Assembly: GCF_039654945.1 (NCBI RefSeq)
Contig: NW_027361881.1
Location: forward strand, 5,952,001-5,999,563
DNA: 47,563 bases
From: Dendrobates tinctorius
Lineage: Eukaryota
Direction: 5' to 3'
The notes beneath the pieces are model-generated. The model saw nothing but the letters and a program-made list of their open reading frames with translations, was not told the DNA's origin and made no database searches. The position numbers were made by a program, and so were the translations under genes. This document shows, piece by piece, positions 1 to 10,980 of this stretch. Positions within the stretch are counted from its first letter, which is position 1. Each line of letters begins with the position of its first letter.

Positions 1-1766
1 CGACGTCACCACCAGCCGCCTCTCAGTCCTCACACATATGACGTCACCACCAGCCTCCTCTCAGTCCTCTCACACATGACGTCACCACCAGCCTCCTCTC
101 AGTCCTCTCACACATGACGTCACCACCAGCCGCCTCAGTCCTCTCACACATGACGTCACCACCAGCCGCCTCAGTCCTCACACACACACACACACGACGT
201 CACCACCAGCCTCCTCTCAGTCCTCACACACACGACGTCACCACCAGCCGCCTCTCAGTCCTCACACATATGACGTCACCACCAGCCTCCTCTCAGTCCT
301 CTCACACATGACGTCACCACCAGCCTCCTCTCAGTCCTCACACATGACGTCACCACCAGCCGCCTCAGTCCTCTCACACATGACGTCACCACCAGCCTCC
401 TCTCAGTCCTCACACACATGACGTCACCACCAGCCTCCTCTCAGTCCTCACACACATGACGTCACCACCAGCCGCCTCTCAGTCCTCACACACATGACGT
501 CACCACCAGCCTCCTCTCAGTCCTCTCACACATGACGTCACCACCAGCCTCCTCTCAGTCCTCTCACACATGACGTCACCACCAGCCTCCTCTCAGTCCT
601 CACACACATGACGTCACCACCAGCCGCCTCAGTCCTCTCACACATGACGTCACCACCAGCCTCCTCTCAGTCCTCACACACATGACGTCACCACCAGCCT
701 CCTCTCAGTCCTCTCACACATGACGTCACCACCAGCCTCCTCTCAGTCCTCTCACACATGACGTCACCACCAGCCTCCTCTCAGTCCTCACACACATGAC
801 GTCACCACCAGCCTCCTCTCAGTCCTCACACACATGACGTCACCACCAGCCGCCTCTCAGTCCTCACACACATGACGTCACCACCAGCCTCCTCTCAGTC
901 CTCTCACACATGACGTCACCACCAGCCTCCTCTCAGTCCTCTCACACATGACGTCACCACCAGCCTCCTCTCAGTCCTCACACACATGACGTCACCACCA
1001 GCCGCCTCAGTCCTCTCACACATGACGTCACCACCAGCCTCCTCTCAGTCCTCTCACACATGACGTCACCACCAGCCTCCTCTCAGTCCTCTCACACATG
1101 ACGTCACCACCAGCCTCCTCTCAGTCCTCACACACATGACGTCACCACCAGCCGCCTCAGTCCTCTCACACATGACGTCACCACCAGCCGCCTCAGTCCT
1201 CACACACACACACACACGACGTCACCACCAGCCGCCTCTCAGTCCTCTCACACATGACGTCACCACCAGCCGCCTCAGTCCTCACACACACATGACGTCA
1301 CCACCAGCCTCCTCTCAGTCCTCACACACACACATGACGTCACCACCAGCCGCCTCAGTCCTCACACACACATGACGTCACCACCAGCCTCCTCTCAGTC
1401 CTCACACACACACACGACGTCACCACCAGCCGCCTCAGTCCTCACACACACGACGTCACCACCAGCCTCCTCTCAGTCCTCACACACACACACGACGTCA
1501 CCACCAGCCTCCTCTCAGTCCTCACACACACACATGACGTCACCACCAGCCTCCTCTCAGTCCTCACACACACACATGACGTCACCACCAGCCTCCTCTC
1601 AGTCCTCACACACACACATGACGTCACCACCAGCCTCCTCTCAGTCCTCACACACGACGTCACCACCAGCCTCCTCTCAGTCCTCACACACACACATGAC
1701 GTCACCACCAGCCTCCTCTCACACATGACGTCACCACCAGCCGCCTCTCACACATGACGTCACCAC
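1..1766. repeat. Minisatellite, ~38-bp unit (CACATGACGTCACCACCAGCCTCCTCTCAGTCCTCTCA), about 45 copies, runs off the window start
   Basis: Directly visible; unit length varies with the CA run; most units contain TGACGTCA. Confidence 0.97.
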
Positions 1767-1776
1767 CCCTCATTAC

Positions 1777-1800
1777 CGCTCTGCCCTCGCTTCCCGCCAT
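1777..1800 (-). CDS. Candidate first coding exon of an unidentified divergent gene (MAGSEGRA)
   Basis: Minus strand reads AAG ATG GCG GGA AGC GAG GGC AGA GCG|gtaatg: strong Kozak context then a GT donor; no further exon in the window. Confidence 0.4.
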
Positions 1801-2121
1801 CTTTAGCGCTCAGTCACAAACTGTCCTAACAGCTGCAATAAATTAATCACCTCCGGAGTAATAATCCTCCCGCCAACATCCAGGCGCGTCTCTCCGCCCC
1901 CTCCCTCCATGGCAACAGCATCAGTCACTATGGAAACCACCAATAGCCATTCATCATAGCTAACCCCGCCCACAACCTGCTGCCGCCGCTGCCTATTGGT
2001 CAGTTCCGTCTCCGCTGGGTTGCTAGGCGCCCGTCCCGCTCTCCCCCGGAACCTTTCCCGCGAACCTTGTTTGCCGCCGTTGCTAGGGGGAGTGTTGACG
2101 AGGCTGCACCCATTGAATGTA

Positions 2122-2200
2122 ATGGCGGTGAGGAGGGTTCACCTGAGGGAGCGCTGGGTGTGCGGGAGAGCCGGGCAGCAGCAGCAGGCGGGGACGGCAG
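2122..2200 (+). CDS. LRRC36: LRRC36 exon 1 ([15 protein letters not shown])
   Basis: ATG in GTAATGG context, donor CAG|GTAACG, phase 1 fits exon 2. Confidence 0.8.
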
Positions 2201-5200
2201 GTAACGGGGCGGCCTTCCTACAGGCGCTGCAGGGTTTCCTGCCTGGACTTCCCCTGTAAGGCCGCACTTTCCTTGTAGTTCTCTTTATTTTGCTTCCTGT
2301 CGGTATTTTTGCGCGGTTTCTGGAGGGTTTTTTATAAATCTTTGTAAAAACTGTGCGACTTTTTTTCGGTCTAAAATGCTGCAAAAAATGTAAAAGACAG
2401 AAATAACAAAAAGTCAAATTCATCCACCCGCGACCGACGGCAACAAAGACTGCAAGACGAGGAAAGAAACGTCACATAAAAGCGACATATAATGCCAGAC
2501 GGGTCACTGCTGTCAGGGAACGGCACCCATCTGGTTAATGCCTGGAGCCAGAAGATCGTCCCGAGAATCACCCCGAGAATCAATCACCCTGAGCATCGTC
2601 CCGAGCATCGCCCCGAGAATCACCCCGAGAATCAATCACCCTGAGCATCGTCCCGAGCATCTCCCCGAGAATCACCCCGAGAATCAATCACCCTGAGCAT
2701 CGTCCCGAGCATCGCCCCGAGAATCACCCCGAGAATCAATCACCCTGAGCATCGTCCCGAGCATCGCCCCGAGAATCACCCCGAGAATCAATCACCCTGA
2801 GCATCGTCCCGAGCATCGCCCCGAGAATCACCCCGAGAATCAATCACCCTGAGCATCGTCCCGAGCATCGCCCCGAGAATCAATCACCCCGAGCATCGTC
2901 CCGAGAATCACCCTGAGCATCGTCCCGAGAATCACCCTGAGCATCACCCTGAGCATCGCCCCGAGAATCACCCCGAGAATCAATCACCCTGAGCATCGTC
3001 CCGAGCATCACCCCGAGAATCACCCCGAGAATCAATCACCCTGAGCATCGTCCCGAGCATCGCCCCGAGAATCACCCCGAGAATCAATCACCCTGAGCAT
3101 CGTCCCGAGCATCGCCCCGAGAATCAATCACCCTGAGCATCGTCCCGAGAATCAATCACCCTGAGCATCGTCCCGAGCATCGCCCCAAGAATCACCCCGA
3201 GAATCAATCACCCTGAGCATCGTCCCGAGCATCGCCCCGAGAATCACCCCGAGAATCAATCACCCTGAGCATCGTCCCGAGCATCGCCCCGAGAATCAAT
3301 CACCCCGAGCATCGTCCCGAGAATCACCCCGAGCATCGCCCCAAGAATCACCCCGAGAATCAGTCACCCCAAGCATCACCCCGAGCATCGCCCCGAGAAT
3401 CAATCGCCCCAAGAATCACCCCGAGAATCAATCACCCTGAGCATCGTCCCGAGCATCACCCCGAGCATCGCCCCGAGAATCAATCGCCCCAAGAATCACC
3501 CCGAGAATCAATCACCCTGAGCATCGTCCCGAGAATCACCCCGAGAATCACCCCGAGAATCAATCACCCTGAGCATCGTCCCGAGAATCACCCCGAGCAT
3601 CAGTCACCCCAAGCATCTCCCCGAGAATCAATCGCCCCAAGAATCACCCCGAGAATCAATCACCCTGAGCATCGTCCCGAGCATCACCCCAAGCATCGCC
3701 CCGAGAATCAATCGCCCCAAGAATCACCCCGAGAATCAATCACCCTGAGCATCGTCCCGAGCATCACCCCGAGCATCGCCCCGAGAATCAATCGCCCCAA
3801 GAATCACCCCGAGAATCAATCACCCTGAGCATCGTCCCGAGAATCAATCGCCCCAAGAATCACCCCGAGAATCAATCACCCTGAGCATCGTCACGAGCAT
3901 CACCTCGAGAATCACCCCGAGCATCGCCCAGAGAATCACCCCAAGCATCACCCCGAGCATCGTCCCGAGCATCGCTCCGAGAATCAATCACCCCGAGAAT
4001 CGTCCCTTGCATCGCCCCAAGAATCACCTCGAGAATCACCCCAAGCATCGCCCAGAGAATCACCCCGAGAATCACCCCAAGCATCGCCCCGAGAATCAAT
4101 CACCCCATGCATCGCTCCAAGCATTGTCCCAAGTATCGTCCCGAGAATCGCCCCAAGAATCGCCCAGAGCATCACTCCAAGAATCGCTCCAAGCATTGTC
4201 CCAAGAATCGCCCCGAGCATCGCCCCTAGAATCACCCCAAGCATCACCCCGAGAATCGCCCAGAGCATCACTCCGAGAATCGCCCAGAGCATCACTCCAA
4301 GAATCACCCTGAGAATCGTCCAGAGCATCGCCCCGAGAATCACCCCGAGCATCACTCCAAGCATTGTCCCAAGTATCACCCCGAGAATCGCCCAGAGCAT
4401 CACCCCGAGAATCGCCCAGAGCATCACCCCGAGAATCGCCCAGAGCATCACTCCAAGAATCACCCCGAGAATCGCCCCACCTCCTGCCATCAGCGCAATG
4501 GAAACCCCCCAGGCTGTAAGTCGTGTCAGGTCCAGAGGGGTATTATTCAATGAAAATGGAGAAAGAATGCTATAAAGTACATTCGTCATATGGATGTGTA
4601 TAGAGTATCACATCCCGCTGCTGTCGTGTACACGGATACATCTCCAGATTTAGACCTGTTCTGTACAAAGATACAGCATCGGCTATAGAGCTGTCTTGTA
4701 CACGGATACAGCACCGGCTATAGAGCTGTCTTGTACACGGATACAGCACCGGATATAGACCTGTCTTGTACACGGATACAGCAGCGGATATAGAGCTGTC
4801 TTGTACACGGATACAGCACCGGATATAGAGCTTTCTTGTACACGGATACAGCACCGGATATAGACCTGTCTTGTACACTGATACAGCACCGGATATAGAC
4901 CTGTCTTGTACGCGGATACAGCACCGGATATAGAGCTGTCTTGTACACGGATACAGCACCGGATATAGAGCTGTCTTGTACACGGATACAGCACCGGATA
5001 TAGAGCTGTCTTGTACACGGATACAGCAACGGATATAGAGCTGTCTTGTACACGGATACAGCACCGGATATAGAGCTGTCTTGTACACGGATACAGCACC
5101 GGATATAGAGCTGTCTTGTACACGGATACAGCACCGGATATAGAGCTGTCTTGTACACGGATACAGCACCGGATATAAAGCTGTCTTGTACACGGATACA

Positions 5201-8200
5201 GCACCGGATATAGAGCTGTTTGTACACAGATACAGCACCGGATATAGAGCTGTCTTGTACACGGATACAGCAATGGATATAGAGCTGTCTTGTACACGGA
5301 TACAGCAATGGATATAGACCTGTCTTGTACACGGATACAGCACCGGATATAGAGCTGTCTTGTACACGGATACAGCACCGGATACAGAGCTGTCTTGTAC
5401 ACGGATACAGCACCGGATATAGAGCTGTTTGTACACGGATACAGCACCGGATATAGACCTGTCTTGTACACGGATACAGCATTGGTTTTAGACCCGTCCT
5501 CCTGTTACACCTCCTGCCCCCATGCTGTGATTTCTATACTGTGTATATAATTTATTGACTCTCTTTATTCTTTTTTCCTTCTTCTAAGACACGATAAAGT
5601 CTCTGACCCTCGAGGGGACGCACAGAGAGAAGATTCTCACTTTGGGAGACGCGTTTAAGAATTTTCAAAGTCTTCGATCGCTGGATCTATCCAGAAATTT
5701 GATCGTCAGCTTACAGGTGAGGGCCGGCGCGTAGGATCCCTTGTCTGGAGATAAGCAGTGACCAGGGGGAAGGGTAGCCGCTTGTCTCTCCAGCTCTGTC
5801 TCTTCCAGCAGGGCATTGAATATCTCCATGCGCTTCGCTCCCTGAACCTGTACTATAACGACATTGAATCGCTGAAGGAGATCGAGCGCCTCCGATCACT
5901 GTCACATCTGAGGACCCTGGATCTGCGCCTCAACCCGGTCACCAAACATGACGCCAGTTACCGCCTGACCATCATCTGTACCTTAGGCTCCTTGGAAACG
6001 CTAGGTGAGCGATCATCAAACCATTCTACAGTGCCCTGCTGGCTGTCAGTGAATGGAAGCATTGGACCATCCTCTGTGAGCTGCACCCTTCATCAGCACC
6101 ACGCTCCAGCTTGTAGAGGACGCCAGTGTAACAAACCCCCAGCTGTGAGGAGAGTAACAAGGAAAGTCTCCATTCACTGACAGGAAGCAGGAATTAAGAT
6201 TATAGCAACAAGTTGGCAGGGCAGGTTCAAAAAGTCGCCTGTTCCCAAAAATGTGCACAAACAGTTTGGGCTTATTAATATGCACTTTCACAATTGGTGA
6301 ATCAGCTGCAAAAAAGGACAAACAGAAATAAAGGGGCAAAAAAGCCCCAAAATGCAGTAATGACTGCGGGTGGGAAAGTCGCACAACTTTTCTTTCTGGA
6401 ATAAATTGTGCAGAGAATGGGGAAATTGCTGGACCGGCATAGTGTTACATCCCGGCACATGCTGGGAGTTGTAGTTCCCGCATTGCATATTTGTGCACTC
6501 AACGTTAGCAGGGAAGAGGTTAATAATGAATAATTGAGCAGGGGGGTGTGAGGGAGCTCCGTTCCCTGTCCAGGTTTGTGTTGTGTCCTCCGCCGGGAGT
6601 TGCTATGGCTCCAACCAGGAAACTCTGCCGACCTGACCAACCGTCAGCCGGGGCCGTCACCAGTCCGATCACAGCCTCAGCTCGTCCACAGCTACATACG
6701 GGAGGGGGGTACGGCGAAAAGTCACATCGAAAACTTCACGCCAGCTATGTCCTTGTTTCCAGACGAGCGCCCGGTGAGGGACAGCGAAAGGAAAAACGCA
6801 AAATATAATTTCCAACTGAAGGACTTTAAGACACTGGATGTGCCGGAGCTGGAGATGGGGAGGTAGGTGCGCCGCGATGGGAAGGTAGGGGTACAGGGAT
6901 GGGGAGGTAGGGGCGCAGGGATGGGGAGTCAGGTGCACAGGGATGGGGAGGTAGGGGCGCAGGGAGGGGGAGTCAGGTGCACAGTGATGGGGAGGTAGGG
7001 GCGCAGGGATGGGGAGTCAGGTGCACAGGGATGGTGAGGCAGGTGCGCAGTGATGGGGAGTCAGGTGCACAGGGATGGGGAGTCAGGTGCACAGGGATGG
7101 GGAGTCAGGTGCACAGGGATGGGGAGTCAGGTGCACAGGGATGGGGAGGTAAGGGCGCAGGGATGGGGAGGTAAGGGCGCAGGGATGGGGGGGCAGGTGC
7201 GCAGGGATGGGGGAGGCAGGGGCGCAGTGATGGGGGAGGCAGGGGCGCAGTGATGGGGAGGTAAGTGTGCAGGGATGGGGAGGTAGGGGCGCAGCGATGG
7301 GGAGGGAGATGCACAGTGATGGGGAGGGAGATGCACAGCGATGGGGAGGGAGATGCACAGCGATGGGGCGAGCTGTTGTTCCTCATCCTGCAATAATCTC
7401 ATTTAACACGAAATGCATGACAATGATTTTAGAAATACACTGTTACATTTTCTGCTTGTTTCTTTCTGCTCTTGTAACATTGTATTCCCTCTGTGTAATC
7501 AGTGATTGAGCAGTAGTCTGTATACACAGTGTATACGCTGTTGCTGTGTGCTATATACAGTCAGTGCCAGTATATACGCGGCAGCCTTGGACATGAGGGA
7601 TCTCACATACCAGAGCAGATTCGTCTGTTCCCGGAGCCCACGCGCCCCTTACGTGGATGCTACACATCATTTCAGTCTGGGCACACTGGAGCAGGATTGC
7701 CAGAAACGTCACGTTGTACTCCCGTGATAATACCGGCAGACGGACACAGGCAGAACGGGCCCCTTTGGCAGAATCGTGTATGGGCACAATAATAACTCGC
7801 ATACTTCAGCTTCGGAGGTGGACGTCGCCCCTTTCCTCTTGGGACACGCTTATCATATACAATTTTTGTCTTTCAGCTGTGAAAAAAGTCCCACTTACCT
7901 GCAGAAGACATCAGCGAACGCTCACCTGGATTTTCCCCTGAGCAGCTCAGGTAACGGGTCTCCAGGGAATCTCAGAAAATGGGACATTCCTCTCTATATG
8001 AAGGATATTCTGCAATGTAAATGGCGCGGCTGAACCACTGGAGACATTTGCAGTGTTGGTATCAGGCAGTCTGGCCGTGCCGTAGTAATAGGAGAGCTGC
8101 GGCAGAGACCTCCTGCCTGACACCGATGTCCAGGAGGTCGAGTGCTCGACTCTTTCTACCCGTTACAGGTGTCTGTTAGAGAGAATTCTTTTTTATCTCA

Positions 8201-10934
8201 TTTAAACGTTTTATTGTTTGTTTGTTTTTAGGGGGGGGGGGATAAAAACTAAATTCCTTACCAGCGTCCGCTGTACATGTAATTCGCTTAGCGTGCACCA
8301 TAAGGAGTCAGATGCCTCCAACCGCAGCGATCAGAGCTCTGATTGCTGCTGTTAACGCCTTACATGCTGCAGTCAATCTCTGACAGCGGCATTTAAGGCG
8401 TACGGTCCGAGGGATGCACCGATCACTGTCGGCTCTGCCAGGTGGGCAAAACCTTCTCGTGCTATGCCACACGTCATAAAGCTAAATAAATATAGAAAAT
8501 CCCAGAATTGCATTTTTTACGGTGGCTGCTTTTCTGCTGGAGAAAATGAAATAAAAACAGATCAAATGGTATCGGTTAAAATGTCAGCTCGGCGTGCAGA
8601 AAATATCCTGCCCTCCCACAGCGCAATTGCCAGAAAAAGTTCTTAGAAAATAGCGACAGACAAAATATATTTTTTTTCACAAATTCCTGAACATTATTTT
8701 TTTCACCACTAAAATAAACTGTACAAGTTATGGCCGGCTGCAATCGTGCCGACCTGAGGGGTCACGCTGCCAGGTGTTTTAGGGGTTAAACAGTCCGGTC
8801 AGTTCTATAATAGTATATACCGTATATTCACACTGACTTGTATGATGCTAATCTCATTCTAGACTTCAGCAAGATGCACGACCGGGAAAAGGAACGTCCG
8901 GATTACACCAAGGGAATCTCTCCAGCTACGTATCAGGTACATTCTCCTCCCTAACCGGGATAAATCTGCCTGTGAAAGTTCTCATCAAATCCCGGCCATG
9001 TGCACAGAGACCTACAATTATGGGTTCCCCTCTCTCTGCGTTCACAGACCGAAGAGCAGCAGTCGTCCGTGCGGCCGCAGAGCGACTTTGACGACGGTAT
9101 TGGTATAATTGCAGCTTCACTTCAATAACTCGTTACCAACAACACTAACCCGTGTAGACGTACCGTAATGGCCTCAGCCATCGCTTGCCCGCGTGGTCAG
9201 GCTTCACCGCTGTATTTCTGCCCCAGAGGGTTCGCGTCTAAGACATGACAATCCTTTGTGTAATTTGCAGAATACCACCCTTTACCGTCACCGCCGCGCT
9301 CATCCCTCCGTTCTCCAGGTCCCTCGTCACGTGCCAAAGAAGGCCAACGCGTCACTTTTGCAGAGTCAACCATTTCAGAGCTATTTCCAAAAAAAGAGGA
9401 TTTAGACCGACGATTGGAAAGCAGAGACGATTTCATCAGCACCGGAAAACCCACATTTGTCCCTTTAGAAAAACCGGAATCAACGTTCAGCTTCAAAAAT
9501 ACCTACCTGACGTCTACCCCGGTAAGGAAGGAGTCCGCCGGCAGTGACTGCACGAGGGTTAACGCCGACGTCCTCAATGACATCGGACAGAGCACAGAAT
9601 ACAGAGATCGACACAAGTCTACAGAGGAGATGAGCAGAGACAGACTGCTGAGACTCAGCTCAGGTACGTGGGCATCTCCTACCATATCTATTATACATGT
9701 TGGGTGTATATATACTACTAAAATCGCGTATATGCTACTAATATCGTGTATATATACACTACTGATATCGTGTATATACTACTAATATGGCGTATATATA
9801 TATATATACACTACTAATATCGTGTATATATACTACTAATATCGTGTATATACTACTAATATCGTGTATATATACTACTAATATCGTGTATATACTACTA
9901 ATATCGTGTATATACTACTAATATCGTGTATATACTACTAATATGGCGTATATATACTGTATATACACTACTAATATCGCGTATATACACTACTAATATC
10001 GTGTATATATACTACTAATATCGTGTATATACTACTAATATCGTGTATATACTACTAATATCGTGTATATACTACTAATATGGCGTATATATACTGTATA
10101 TACACTACTAATATCGCGTATATATACTACTAATATCGTGTATATACTACTAATATGGAGTATATATACTGTATATACACTAATAATATCGCGTATATAT
10201 ACTAATAATATCGTGTATATACTACTAATATCGTGTATATACTACTAATATCGTGTATATACTACTAATATGGCGTATATATACTGTATATACACTACTA
10301 ATATGGCGTATATATACTACTAATATCGTGTATATACTACTAATATCGCGTGTATATACTACTAATATCGCGTATATACTACTAATATCGCGTATATATA
10401 CTACTAATATCGTGTATATATACTACTAATATCGTGTATATACTACTAATATCGCGTGTATATACTACTAATATGGCGTATATATACTGTATATACACTA
10501 CTAATATCGCGTATATATACTACTAATATCGTGTATATATACTACTAATATCGCGTATATGCTACTAATATCGCGTATATACTACTAATATCGCGTATAT
10601 ACTACTAATATCGCGTATATACTACTAATATCGCGTATATACTACTAATATCGCGTATATATACTACTAATATCGTGTATATATACTACTAATATCGCGT
10701 ATATACTACTAATATCGCGTATATATACTACTAATATCGTGTATATATACTACTAATATCGCGTATATACACTACTAATATCGCGTATATACTACTAATA
10801 TCGCGTATATATACTACTAATATCGCGTATATATACTAATATCACATGTATCTATATAGATACACACTACTAATATCGCGTATATACTACTAATATTGCG
10901 TATATACTAATATGGTGTATATACTACTAATATG

Positions 10935-10980
<46 letters not shown>

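Larger units (their letters stand above)
1770..2260. promoter_or_regulatory. CpG-island promoter of LRRC36, probably bidirectional
   Basis: CpG-rich; X-box GTCACTATGGAAAC 1924-1937; X-box-like CCCTCCATGGCAAC 1903-1916, GTTGCTAGGCGCC 2019-2031, GTTGCTAGGG 2079-2088; GC boxes (CCGCCC); inverted CCAAT (ATTGG ~1995); YY1-type CCGCCATCTT 1794-1803. Confidence 0.8.

Noticed and set aside
3872-4589. Hydrophobic repeat ORF (ILGVMLWA) resembling a membrane protein
   Set aside because: Product of the 12-bp repeat, antisense in LRRC36 intron 1
4570-5482. Cys/Tyr-rich ORFs in three - frames
   Set aside because: Product of the 35-bp repeat
7506-7800. Possible extra LRRC36 exon in the overlapping short ORFs
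   Set aside because: No convincing acceptor/donor pair; exons 4 and 5 already join in phase
8250-8790. Possible DNA-transposon remnant ending AGGGGTTAA
   Set aside because: Could not define a matching left end
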